From positions 7,062-71,061 of the forward strand of contig VSNH01000002.1 of the NCBI GenBank assembly GCA_009774215.1: a stretch of DNA of 64,000 bases, read 5' to 3'. The stretch comes from Lachnospiraceae bacterium. Lineage in GTDB: Bacteria > Bacillota > Clostridia > Lachnospirales > Lachnospiraceae. The notes below the pieces were generated by a model. That model was not told the origin of the DNA. It saw only the letters and a program-made list of their open reading frames with translations, and ran no database searches. A program made the translations under genes and the position numbers. Positions 26,486-36,131 of this stretch are shown here, piece after piece. Position 1 is the first letter of the stretch, and each line of letters begins with the position of its first letter.

Positions 26486-27850
26486 TCAGCGTGTCGGCTC
26501 TTTCGTGTTTTTCTGCACGGAAACAGTGTCCGGCTCAGCGTTCAGATACTGTTCCAGTTTATCCAGTTCACGCTCCAACTGTCTGCAGTCTTTTTCTGCA
26601 GTCTGGTAAGCCTGCCGCAGTTCTTTTTTCTTCTGTTCCATCTGCGAAAACTCTGCGCGTAGTTTGTTTATATCAAGAGTACGGTGATCGATCTTTGCCC
26701 TGCGCAGCATTTCTTTTGCGCCGTCATACAGGATCAGTTCCGTCTCATGTTTCCGAAAATAATCGTCGGGATTTTTGGCTTTGCGGTAGCGGATCTGATA
26801 AGGACGGTTCTCCTGATACTGTTGCGCGTATTTTATGATTTCCGCCATGCTTTTCATTCGGCGCTCAAGGATAGTAAGTTTCTCACGGTTCCTTTTGGCA
26901 GAGGCGGAACGTTCTGCGATTTTCTCCTCCAGGTCAGCGATAGAGTTTACTTTACTGTATGCGCTGGCGGCTGTTTTGAGGTTTTCGATCTCAGCCCAGC
27001 GTTTTAAGCCAGCACTTTCCTGAAACTTTTCCTGTGAAGTGTCGATCAGGCGTTTCCCTGTATAACCGACTGTCAGGGCTTTCCCACGTTTCTGCACCCT
27101 TTCAGAAATCCGCTCAGCGATACGCTCCTTTGTGTATTCCGCCCCGAGGGACTTTATGCTGCCGCGCACAAAACGCTCCCTGCCCGGCGGTAGGAAAGAA
27201 ATGTATTTTGGAGATTTTCCGTCAAGGTTTTCCCCTTTCACAACGTAGCCTTTTGCCCGCAGAAGATGCAGGAACTCATCATAAGTATCGGCGGATCTGA
27301 TGGCGGCATTGATATCCCTGCGCAGTTCTGATTTGCGGGAATCACCGTGTCTGTCTGCAGACCATTCGTTGTACTTTTTTCCGCGCTGTCCGTCCGGCAC
27401 GATGACGGATAAATGGTGTTCCCTGCAAAGTTCGTTGCTTAAGTAACGAATACGGTAATAACTTCTTTTGCAGTCATTGTATTTGTGGTGGTCGATGTTA
27501 TCGGCGGCGCAGAAGATGATGTGGTTATGAATGTGATCCCTGTCGATATGCGTACTGACTACATACGAATACTTCCCCTCTAAAACTTTATCGGCAAGCT
27601 CCATGCCGATCTGGTGCGCCGTATCAAAATCGACCTCGCCGGGGAGGAAGGACTGGATCAGATGGTACGCCTTGTTTTCGTCATTATGGGAAGTCTTTGA
27701 CAGGGCAAACTTAAAGTCAAAATGGGCAGTCTCCGGGCTGCACCCATAGGAGGAAATCAGTAGGCTGCCATCGGTTTTATCCGGGCTGCAGATGTAGGCT
27801 ATTGCCTTATGCACGGTTGCTTTGACAGCATGGATTTTTGTGTATGCCAT
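26486..27850 (-). CDS. Relaxase (MOBP-type)
   Basis: AIAYI, HLIQSF, THIDRDHIHNHII motifs. Confidence 0.92.
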   Translation of the reverse strand: MAYTKIHAVKATVHKAIAYICSPDKTDGSLLISSYGCSPETAHFDFKFALSKTSHNDENKAYHLIQSFLPGEVDFDTAHQIGMELADKVLEGKYSYVVSTHIDRDHIHNHIIFCAADNIDHHKYNDCKRSYYRIRYLSNELCREHHLSVIVPDGQRGKKYNEWSADRHGDSRKSELRRDINAAIRSADTYDEFLHLLRAKGYVVKGENLDGKSPKYISFLPPGRERFVRGSIKSLGAEYTKERIAERISERVQKRGKALTVGYTGKRLIDTSQEKFQESAGLKRWAEIENLKTAASAYSKVNSIADLEEKIAERSASAKRNREKLTILERRMKSMAEIIKYAQQYQENRPYQIRYRKAKNPDDYFRKHETELILYDGAKEMLRRAKIDHRTLDINKLRAEFSQMEQKKKELRQAYQTAEKDCRQLERELDKLEQYLNAEPDTVSVQKNTKEPTR

Positions 27851-28140
27851 ACCTGTTTCATTATCTCCTTTACCTCTTTTACATCCTCATCGTAAACGTG
27901 TCCTGTGGCGTTCATCCGTTTGGCGATCTGGTTTAGGCTGTTCCCGATGCGGGACAGATTGACGTTGTAGTCGTGCAGCTCCTTATAGTCCACATCATAG
28001 ACATATCCGTAAATAATGAGGTGCCGCAGGAAAGCCATGCGGCTGCGCATACCGGACAGTTTATATTTTGTGTCAAGGATATATTTTTCATCATCGTTCA
28101 GGTACAGGATCAGGGAATGTTTGCGTGTTCTGTTTAGCAT
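27799..28140 (-). CDS. mobC: MobC relaxosome accessory protein
   Basis: LSRIGNSLNQIAKRMN; AAAGGAG RBS before ATG 28140. Confidence 0.9.
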   Translation of the reverse strand: MLNRTRKHSLILYLNDDEKYILDTKYKLSGMRSRMAFLRHLIIYGYVYDVDYKELHDYNVNLSRIGNSLNQIAKRMNATGHVYDEDVKEVKEIMKQVWHTQKSMLSKQPCIRQ

Positions 28141-28220
28141 AGATGTCTCCTTTCGTGAGTCGTATGTAGTGGATTTTGAAAAATAGTGCAGCATTGGAGC
28201 GGGCTTATTTTTGTAACTAT

Positions 28221-28322
28221 GGGGGGCGGGGGGCTTTCCCCCTGCAAGCAGATTTTGACAGGTTTCCGCCTGAGGAAATCTGATCAAAATCATGGATTTG
28301 CATATGCAAATCCAGTGCTTGC
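28221..28322. other. Putative oriT region
   Basis: Upstream of mobC; nested inverted repeats incl. perfect palindrome tggatttgcatatgcaaatcca (28293-28314). Confidence 0.6.
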
Positions 28323-28760
28323 TAAGTAAGCCGTGGAAAGAAAATAAAAAAACTGCTCCAGACCTGAGCAGGCATGGTTGCCCGCTTGGAACTGACAGCA
28401 GTTTCAGTGTCATTTTATGGGTGCATAGATTTATCCATAAACGATTGTAAGTCTGAATGGCAGAAAAGTCAACAGTATTTAAAATGGCGTATTTATGGCA
28501 CATGTAACTTATATTATAGTTTGAATGATACTGCGCCTGAAAGCGGTTTGCTTTATAATAAGAAGGAAGGTGTAACAGGGGAATTGGAGAAGTGAATACC
28601 ACATCTCGGTGGGGACTCAGGTGATAGGAAACCATTGTCACTCTTTTTATTTCATTTTTCTAAAAATGTCGTTTACTAAAATCCACATTTTAAGTGCCTT
28701 CGGTGATTTAGTCATAGTGAAGGGATAAAAACAGGAAACATTTCTGCGGAAAGGACAGGA

Positions 28761-29198
28761 ATGAGAGAAAACAAAATTACATCGGACAATGCGGAGAAGA
28801 TATCTTCTGAGTTTCATGTGTTCTGCCGGAAAGTGATCAGGCGGAGCGTTCTGAACCAGCTCCGGGGGTATGTCAGGTACTGTAAGAATTATGGAACTGT
28901 GCCTTTGGAGGAAACAGAAGAAAGTGCAATGGCAGTTTATGATGATGTTCTGGAGGGAAAAGTAAAAATCCCTGTGTGCGGAACCGTCGTTCTGATCGGG
29001 GATGAAAAACTTGCCGCCGCACTTCTGGAAATGCAGGACACAAAAAGAGAGATTGTCTTAAGAAACACCGCATTTGGATATTCCCTGTCAGAGATAGCCG
29101 GGCAGCTTGAATTAGAATACGACACAGTGAGGCATTACAAGTCAAACGCAATGAAAGAACTGCGTGGGAAGGTGGGGATAGATGCAGAAAAAGAATAA
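28761..29198 (+). CDS. Sigma-70 region-4-like regulator (Tn916 Orf7-like)
   Basis: FHVFCRKVIR..LAAALLEM..KREIV..SLSEIA..TVRHYKSNAMKELR. Confidence 0.75.
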   Translation: MRENKITSDNAEKISSEFHVFCRKVIRRSVLNQLRGYVRYCKNYGTVPLEETEESAMAVYDDVLEGKVKIPVCGTVVLIGDEKLAAALLEMQDTKREIVLRNTAFGYSLSEIAGQLELEYDTVRHYKSNAMKELRGKVGIDAEKE

Positions 29199-29421
29199 TG
29201 GCGGAAAACTTCCGGCGGGGGTTATCGCGCTGGCTGTGATTGGCGACGAAGGAGCAATGCAGGAAGTTTTCGACCAGTACGAAAGACTGATCAACTATAT
29301 CCTCTTCTGTGAAATCAGAAGCTGGCAGTTAAACAGTACACTGATGCCCATAGAAGATATGGAACAACAAGTCAAAGCTGACCTGGTAAAAGCTATCAGG
29401 AAATTTACAATCAGGAATTAA
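29182..29421 (+). CDS. Small HTH protein (Tn916 Orf8-like)
   Basis: VIALAVIGDEGAMQEVFDQYERLI..LVKAIRKF. Confidence 0.7.
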   Translation: MQKKNNGGKLPAGVIALAVIGDEGAMQEVFDQYERLINYILFCEIRSWQLNSTLMPIEDMEQQVKADLVKAIRKFTIRN

Positions 29422-29985
29422 CGTAGTGGAGTGCGGAGATGCTCCTGGATTATCTTTTCACTATACTTATCGCTCTGATAAAGTGCACAATAATTACGAA
29501 GCGCCGACAGCAGGCGTCAGTGTCTTGTGCGCTTTACGGATTGATAAGCCGGACATAGATTTATCCAAAAAGTGAAGGCAGAATCCGGGGATGTACCGTG
29601 ACAATTGAATATGGTCTACACATACAGGACGTGTGGGATATGGGGAGCCGCTATGCGGATACGCCAAGAACTGTTTGGCTTTATTTTTATAGGGAGCTGG
29701 GTGCGAGGAAACACCAGAAACGGGTGTTGAAGTGAAAACAGGGAGCGGGGAATGTCTGGCAAAATGTACAACATCTGTACGGGGCAATGATCCATATCTT
29801 TGATAATGATACTTCCGGATCGCGGGCTGACCTGTGATCCGGTCAATTTGAATGACGGTGCGAGACCGATGTGGACAGGAGTAGTGACCTGTCACCTGTA
29901 TTGTGTTTTTATATCTGTCAATAAAAGTGCATTTTGAGAGTGCTTTTCTATTGGCAGATATATGATTACCAGAAAGGAGAAAGAG

Positions 29986-30180
29986 ATGGGATGTGAGAAG
30001 TCGTTATTGTCAGTAGATGAATTTTGCCAATATGTTGGAATTGGGAAAACGAAGGCAAGGGAGATGCTTGCAAATCCGTGTTGCAAATATGTGGTTCGCA
30101 TTGGACGCAGGGTATTTGTTCACAAAGAATTGTTAGACGAAGAGTTAAAGAAGAGTGCAAAATACCAACTGACCTTATGA
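29986..30180 (+). CDS. Excisionase
   Basis: LLSVDEFCQYVGIGKTKAREM..VRIGRRVFVHK. Confidence 0.8.
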   Translation: MGCEKSLLSVDEFCQYVGIGKTKAREMLANPCCKYVVRIGRRVFVHKELLDEELKKSAKYQLTL

Positions 30181-30261
30181 TAAAAAAGATTCGCATTTTT
30201 GTAATATGTCCTTGATAATGCAACATAATTATGCTACACTTAGAACGAAGGAGATGAGAAA

Positions 30262-30477
30262 ATGCCTAAGATAATCCCGATTAGAGAATTAAGAGATACA
30301 ACGAGGATGTCTGAATTATGCCATGAGACGAAAGAGCCAGTTTTTATTACGAAGAATGGCTACGGAGATATGGTAATCATGAGTTTGGAAACTTTTGAGG
30401 AAAATTCCGGCATGAGCGACTTTTATTCAGACGTAAAGTTCAAAAAAGGAAAATATGCTGATTTACAGGGAGAATAG
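30262..30477 (+). CDS. Phd/YefM-family antitoxin (no adjacent toxin)
   Basis: IIPIRELR..EPVFITKNGYGDMVIMSLETFE. Confidence 0.85.
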   Translation: MPKIIPIRELRDTTRMSELCHETKEPVFITKNGYGDMVIMSLETFEENSGMSDFYSDVKFKKGKYADLQGE

Positions 30478-30561
30478 AGGCATCAATATTCTTTGGTTTT
30501 AGGTGTTGCTTATAATTTGAGCTTTTCGAGGATTTGGAATAGCTGCGAAAGGATGAGAATT

Positions 30562-31815
30562 ATGGGTAAAAACTTAAATGGCAAGGAATTAGGCAAAGGA
30601 TTATCCCAAAGACCAGACGGAAGGTATATGGGCCGGGCGCAGGTAGGGGGGAAGTCGATTGTTCTGTACGACTGGAAACTGAAGGAATTGAAAAAGAATC
30701 TTGCCAAAGCGGTGGATGAAGTCAAACGTAGTAGCTTATTGCCGAGCATGGATGGTAATAAGATTACGCTGAGTGAATGGTTTGAAGAATGGTATTCAAA
30801 GTACAAGGCGCCGACGCTGAAAAATGGAGGTTCACCTTCATATAAGCGGAGATTTTTAAACTATTACGGGGTGCGCATTGGAGAGAAGCCATTGGCGGAT
30901 ATCAGACAGCTTCATGTACAGACTGCGATAGCAGATATGTTGGAGGCAGGAAGATCAAGCAAGTCCGTAAGGGAAGCGACAGGAATTTTGCAGAATTGTA
31001 TCGAGGCTGCCATTGCAAACGGTTTGATGACTATCAACCCGGTGGTAGGTGTGATTGTGCCAAAGTGCGAGAAAGTTGAGCGCCGAGTGCTTTCCGTGGA
31101 GGAGCAGGAGATTTTTCTGGAGTATCTTGACCGTACAAAGAGTTGGTATGAGGAAATGTACAAGTTTATGCTGCTCACTGGTATGCGGGTAGGCGAGATC
31201 GGTGGACTTCGGTGGGAAGACATAGATTTTGCCGGCAAATTCATCTATGTGAAGCGGACATTGTCTTATGACTATGCGGATGGGAAAAAGACACTGCGTA
31301 TGACTTCACCAAAGACAGAAAACTCTGTCAGAAAAATACCGTTCTTTGGGGAAACACAGAGTATCCTTGAAAAACAGATGGAAAAAATCAAAGCAAGGCG
31401 GGAGGAGTTGGGTGAACGCTGGCGGTTGCCGGAAGAGTTTGGAAATTTAGTCTTCCTGACATCCAGAGGAACACCGATCGGGCGCTATGCGGTTGAAAGC
31501 GATATGAGGTGCATAACGGGGCAGATCAATGATATGTACCGTATGGAGGCGCTGTATGGGACTACCGCACCGAAAACCTTTGAACGGATTCACCCACACG
31601 CTTTACGTCATACTTTTGCAACCAGATGTTTTGAAAAGGGAATGACACCCAGGACGGTGCAGGAGATTATGGGACACGCAAACTACAACACAACGGTTTC
31701 TTATACGCATGTTTTAGATGACATCAAAATGAAAGAAGCTTTGAGCGTTGGAGATTTTCTGCAGAATAATAATAAGGAAAAAATTGAGTATGAGGGTTTG
31801 ATAGGCATTATATAG
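30562..31815 (+). CDS. Tyrosine integrase (Tn916/Tn1545-like)
   Basis: SQRPDGRY arm-binding N-terminus; TGMRVGE, HALRHTF, MGHANYNTTVSYTH. Confidence 0.95.
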   Translation: MGKNLNGKELGKGLSQRPDGRYMGRAQVGGKSIVLYDWKLKELKKNLAKAVDEVKRSSLLPSMDGNKITLSEWFEEWYSKYKAPTLKNGGSPSYKRRFLNYYGVRIGEKPLADIRQLHVQTAIADMLEAGRSSKSVREATGILQNCIEAAIANGLMTINPVVGVIVPKCEKVERRVLSVEEQEIFLEYLDRTKSWYEEMYKFMLLTGMRVGEIGGLRWEDIDFAGKFIYVKRTLSYDYADGKKTLRMTSPKTENSVRKIPFFGETQSILEKQMEKIKARREELGERWRLPEEFGNLVFLTSRGTPIGRYAVESDMRCITGQINDMYRMEALYGTTAPKTFERIHPHALRHTFATRCFEKGMTPRTVQEIMGHANYNTTVSYTHVLDDIKMKEALSVGDFLQNNNKEKIEYEGLIGII

Positions 31816-32180
31816 TAGAAACGCTCTACTCAAGAAAATTGAGTAATCGTAGTGTCGAAATAGAAATGTGTGCAACGACCAGAAAAATGAATAAAGCTGA
31901 AAAAATGCTGCTAATATAGGAGTTTTGCTGAGATTTAGGCGGAAAAACTTCGCAAAGCAAATAAGAGAATGAATAGAAATTTCGCAAAACAGATGGCAGG
32001 GAACTAAGAATTTCGCAAAGCAGATCGGCTTATAAGCGAAAGCTTTAGCAGGTCAACTTAATCATATAAGGCTCTGAAAGCCCGCAACCCCATGCGCTGG
32101 GTGGGCTTGATGAATTGCTGTAAGGCCCAAGTGGAGGAAATCATTTTTGCGGAATTGGTTTATAGCTAAATAAAATAAAG

Positions 32181-32216
32181 AGCAACGGAGAACGTATGTA
32201 AGCGTTCTCCGTTGCT
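32181..32216 (-). terminator. Terminator of the sensor kinase gene
   Basis: agcaacggagaacg / cgttctccgttgct 14-bp perfect stem. Confidence 0.75.
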
Positions 32217-33587
32217 TTATGGTTCTCCGCCGGGAAAGACTAAAACTGTCTGATACCCATTTTGCGGTGCACTTTCAATTTCCACTGTGCCATGATGCGC
32301 CTCAACAATCTGCCGAACCAACAGAACGCCTAAGCCGTGTCTCAGGTTTAATCTTTCATCGGTGTTTTCCAAATGATTTGTTGTCGCTCTTAATTTCTCC
32401 AACTTCTCAGTGGACACTCCTATGCCATCATCTGATACCATGACGGTTATGCCGGTTTCATTTCGCGCTACGGAAACAGAAATCACGCACCCTTTGGGAT
32501 TATGAATGACGCTGTTCTGAATCAAATTATACAGTGCGCGTTTCAGCAGGGCCTCATCCCCCATGACGGACGCTGTTTCACTTTCTTGGCTGGAATCAAA
32601 CACAATTTGATACCGTGCCTCTAACCCGCCATCTAAAAACTCACAAACGACTTGCCGCGCCAGCTCCACTAAATAGACTTTCTCCATCCGAAGGGGCTGC
32701 ATGGAATACTCCAACTTGGATGTGAGATTCAAATCGGAAATCAAGCTCCGCAGCCTCTCCCCTTGCTTACGGATATAGGATGCCTGCTCACGGGCGGAGG
32801 CCGGAAGGGTCTGGTTATCCTCCAACTGCCCGGCAAAACCTAAAATCACCGAGAGGGGCGTCCGCACGTCATGGGAAACACCGCTGATCCAGTCAGCGCG
32901 GGCGCTGTCCTTTTTGGCAATAAAGGCCCCCGCTTTGTTAAGCTGACGGTTGATCTCCGCCAATTCTCCCTTCTCCGGGAGGTTGATCGGCTGGCCGGAG
33001 GAAACCGTTTCAATCCCCCGCAAAATGGGCGTGACCGCCTTTTCAATGTGCCGGGTGTTCTTCCAGATCAAAAGGACAACCACAATAATATTTGTCAGAA
33101 AGACGGCAGCCAGCCCGACAAGCAGCTTTCTTACATAGCTCTCATTGACGGAAAAGTAATACTTCGCCTGACTGCCTTTTTCACCGCCCACGACCAACAG
33201 CCCCTGGGGATGCTCCTGCACATAGACCGGATAATCCCCCAGATACCATCGGCTGAATTTTGCCACATCTGCTGTCGTGTACCGCCGGGGCAGCTCCTCC
33301 GGCAGTCTGCTCTGAAATATGACCGTTCCCGTATCGTCCAAAACCATGGCCCAGGCGTGATTTTCCTCCAGCATCTCGGCCAGCTCCCCAGCCGCCGTCA
33401 AATGTCCTGTTCCATCCAGAGTAATACTGTCACGAATTTCGCTTATGGAGAGGTCCAGTGTCTCCGAGGTTTGCCCTGCCCAAATCTGCACAGAGAAAAA
33501 CAGGACAACATTGAGCAGCAGAAACAGCGCGATAATGCTCACCATGGATAAAAAGTATTTCCGAAAGAAACGTTCTACAGGTTTCAT
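32217..33587 (-). CDS. Sensor histidine kinase
   Basis: VSHDVRTPL H-box, NLIQNS, DDGIG, HGLG; two TMs. Confidence 0.95.
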   Translation of the reverse strand: MKPVERFFRKYFLSMVSIIALFLLLNVVLFFSVQIWAGQTSETLDLSISEIRDSITLDGTGHLTAAGELAEMLEENHAWAMVLDDTGTVIFQSRLPEELPRRYTTADVAKFSRWYLGDYPVYVQEHPQGLLVVGGEKGSQAKYYFSVNESYVRKLLVGLAAVFLTNIIVVVLLIWKNTRHIEKAVTPILRGIETVSSGQPINLPEKGELAEINRQLNKAGAFIAKKDSARADWISGVSHDVRTPLSVILGFAGQLEDNQTLPASAREQASYIRKQGERLRSLISDLNLTSKLEYSMQPLRMEKVYLVELARQVVCEFLDGGLEARYQIVFDSSQESETASVMGDEALLKRALYNLIQNSVIHNPKGCVISVSVARNETGITVMVSDDGIGVSTEKLEKLRATTNHLENTDERLNLRHGLGVLLVRQIVEAHHGTVEIESAPQNGYQTVLVFPGGEP

Positions 33588-34279
33588 TGCTCCGGCTCCT
33601 TTACCACCAGCTTATACCCCAATCCCTTCACCGTCAGGAGCGACACGGGCTTTGACGGATTTTCCTCAATTTTCTCCCGCAGATGCCGGATATGGGTCAT
33701 CAGTGTTGTTTCATAGCCCTGCCAAATCTCTCCGCACAGCGTTTGACAGAGGACACCAACGGTAACGATCCGGCCCGCATTCTCCGCCAGCTTTTCAAAA
33801 ATGCTGTACTCCTTGGCGGTCAAGGGCGTCCGCTGACCCTCTCTGATGACCTCCGCTCGATCCAAATCCACCGCAGCCGCATCCAACGTGACGATCCGAT
33901 TCTTTTCAGGATAGGCGCGTTTCAAAATCGCCTGAACCCGCAGCAGCAATTCTTTTGGCAAAAAGGGCTTGACCAAATAATCGTCCGCCCCCAGCTCGAA
34001 CCCGGCAAAACGGTCCTCGGCCTCTCCCTTGGCCGTGAGCATGAGGACAGGGACTTTGCTGACAGCGCGAACCTCCTGGAGCAGTTCAAACCCGTCCATG
34101 TCCGGCATCATCACATCCAGAATGATGATGCCGGGTGTTTTTTTCGCAATCACCGCCAGCGCCTCTTTCCCGGAGGCCACCGCTGTAATCTGCGTATATC
34201 CGGCGCTCTCAAAAATGGAGCGAATCATCGTCCGTAAATCTTTTTCGTCGTCTACGATAAGAATTTCTCTGTCCTGCAT
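33584..34279 (-). CDS. OmpR-family response regulator
   Basis: VDDE, LDVMMP, KPF, HIRHLREKIE..GLGY. Confidence 0.95.
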   Translation of the reverse strand: MQDREILIVDDEKDLRTMIRSIFESAGYTQITAVASGKEALAVIAKKTPGIIILDVMMPDMDGFELLQEVRAVSKVPVLMLTAKGEAEDRFAGFELGADDYLVKPFLPKELLLRVQAILKRAYPEKNRIVTLDAAAVDLDRAEVIREGQRTPLTAKEYSIFEKLAENAGRIVTVGVLCQTLCGEIWQGYETTLMTHIRHLREKIEENPSKPVSLLTVKGLGYKLVVKEPEQ

Positions 34280-34344
34280 ACAAGCACCTCCTGCCCGCGC
34301 TCATTATAGCGCGGAATACTCAAATTGTATATGCCGCCAGCGCA

Positions 34345-34402
34345 ATCTCAAGGTTATCTCAAGGTTCCCTCAAAGATTTCTCAAGGGTGGCGTTGTATAC
34401 TC
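34345..34402 (+). promoter_or_regulatory. Four 11-bp direct repeats (OmpR-type boxes) followed by -10 TATACT
   Basis: atctcaaggtt atctcaaggtt ccctcaaagat ttctcaagggt between divergent RR and ABC genes. Confidence 0.7.
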
Positions 34403-34425
34403 GCTTTGCAAAGGAGGTAACCGCT

Positions 34426-35349
34426 ATGAGCAAAATAGTCATTGAAACGAAACAGCTGACAAAACAGTACGGAACCCAAAAGAGCGTGGCGGAGCTGAAC
34501 ATCCACGTTCAGAGGGGCCGCATCTATGGTCTGCTGGGCCGAAACGGAGCCGGAAAAACCACCACCATGAAGATGCTGCTGGGATTGACACAGCCTACGT
34601 CCGGGAAGGTGACGATCTGGGGGAAGTCCCTGTCGGGCAACGAGAAGAAACTGCTGCCCCGCATCGGCAGCCTGATCGAGTCCCCCGGCTTTTATCCCAA
34701 TCTGACGGGGACGGAGAACCTGCGCATTTTCGCCGCCCTGCGTGGACTGAAAAACCAAGACACAATCAAAAGCGCCCTGGAGCTGGTGGGCCTGCCCTAT
34801 CGGGATAAAAAGCTTTTTTCCCAATACTCCCTGGGTATGAAGCAGCGGCTGGCGATTGCCCTGGCGGTGATGCACGACCCGGAGCTGCTGATCCTGGACG
34901 AACCTATCAACGGCCTGGATCCCATCGGCATTGCGGAGGTGCGCTCCTTCATCCGGGCGCTGTGCGATGAACGGGGCAAGACCATCCTGATTTCCAGCCA
35001 CATTCTCTCCGAGGTGGCGCTGCTGGCGGACGACATCGGCATCATCGACCACGGTGTACTGCTGGAGGAGGAGAGCCTTGCGGATCTGGAGGCCAGGAGC
35101 GGTCGGTATGTTCGCTTCTCGGTTTCTGACACAGAGCGGGCGGCGGAGATTTTACGGGGCATTTTCCACGAAAATCAGTTTACCGTACAGGACGGTCACA
35201 ATCTGCGGTTGGATTCCGCCAAGGTTCCCGTGACGAAGATTGTCTCTGCTTTTGTGCAGTATGGTCTGGAGGTGTCGGAGGCCGCAGCGGTGGAGGAGAG
35301 CCTGGAGGATTATTTCAAGCGGGTGACTGGGGGTGAGGGGATTGCTTAA
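34426..35349 (+). CDS. ABC ATPase, BcrA/LanF-like antimicrobial peptide resistance
   Basis: GRNGAGKTT, IESPGFY, YSLGMKQRL, LDEP, SSH. Confidence 0.9.
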   Translation: MSKIVIETKQLTKQYGTQKSVAELNIHVQRGRIYGLLGRNGAGKTTTMKMLLGLTQPTSGKVTIWGKSLSGNEKKLLPRIGSLIESPGFYPNLTGTENLRIFAALRGLKNQDTIKSALELVGLPYRDKKLFSQYSLGMKQRLAIALAVMHDPELLILDEPINGLDPIGIAEVRSFIRALCDERGKTILISSHILSEVALLADDIGIIDHGVLLEEESLADLEARSGRYVRFSVSDTERAAEILRGIFHENQFTVQDGHNLRLDSAKVPVTKIVSAFVQYGLEVSEAAAVEESLEDYFKRVTGGEGIA

Positions 35350-36130
35350 ACTGGTTTCCTGTGAGCTGGCAAAACTGAAACGGAAGAAGTTCATTCCCTT
35401 TGTGATCGTCTCCGCGTTCATGTTCCCGCTTCCGCTGGCGCTGTTGATGCTGACGCCCCGCATGACGGCCCGCTACGATACGAAGGCAGAGCTTTTCGAC
35501 GACTTCTACCAGTTCGTCCTGGGCTATGGGGTGGAGCTGCTTCTGCCCTGTGTCATCGGCATCATTGCCGCGATCCTGTTCTTCATGGAGCGGGACAACG
35601 ACACCTTCAAAAACCTGCGGACGATTCCAGTGACCGGCACCCAGATGATCTTTACCAAAATCATCGTTCTGTTTCTGTTTGGACTGATCTTTTGCCTGTC
35701 CACAGCCGCCGTCACCATCGTCTGCGGGAGTCTGATTGCCGAGGTCGGCGGGCTGGGCTATAAGCTGTGGCTGGCGGTGGAGATGGGGATTTTCGTCACG
35801 GCGGGAACCCTGCCGCTGGTAGTGCTGGTGGTATATTTCAGCAGGACCTATATTTTCTCCGTTCTGCTGTGTATTTTTTACAGTGTGTTAAGCCTGACCG
35901 CCGAAAGCAGTTTCGGCGTCCTGCCGAAGCTGCTGTGCTGGCTGATGCCGATTCCCCTCACAAATCTCTGGTGCGCGGGGGATATGGCTCGGCATGGCGT
36001 CAAGGGCAGCTTGGGAGAACTGCAATATCTGGTTCCCTCAACGACGCAGACTGTCTTGATTTTGGGCGCAATGGCTGTCCTGTCCATTCTGGTGATTGAC
36101 CGGTTGTATAAAACGAGAGGGGGAGATTGA
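35342..36130 (+). CDS. ABC-2 permease (BcrB/LanE-like)
   Basis: CELAKLKR start, multiple TMs, ERDNDTFKNL. Confidence 0.85.
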   Translation: MLKLVSCELAKLKRKKFIPFVIVSAFMFPLPLALLMLTPRMTARYDTKAELFDDFYQFVLGYGVELLLPCVIGIIAAILFFMERDNDTFKNLRTIPVTGTQMIFTKIIVLFLFGLIFCLSTAAVTIVCGSLIAEVGGLGYKLWLAVEMGIFVTAGTLPLVVLVVYFSRTYIFSVLLCIFYSVLSLTAESSFGVLPKLLCWLMPIPLTNLWCAGDMARHGVKGSLGELQYLVPSTTQTVLILGAMAVLSILVIDRLYKTRGGD

Positions 36131-36131
36131 G

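Larger units (their letters stand above)
26486..31845. mobile_element. Integrative mobilisable element module (relaxase-mobC-oriT-sigma-HTH-xis-int); left boundary not defined
   Basis: Gene set above; tactcaa-gaaaa-ttgagta IR just after integrase; no T4SS or coupling protein in window. Confidence 0.7.

Noticed and set aside
27799..28641. 280-aa version of mobC
   Set aside because: Extension runs through the oriT region; RBS supports the ATG at 28140
31946..32025. CRISPR array
   Set aside because: Repeats only ~8-14 bp, three copies, no cas genes
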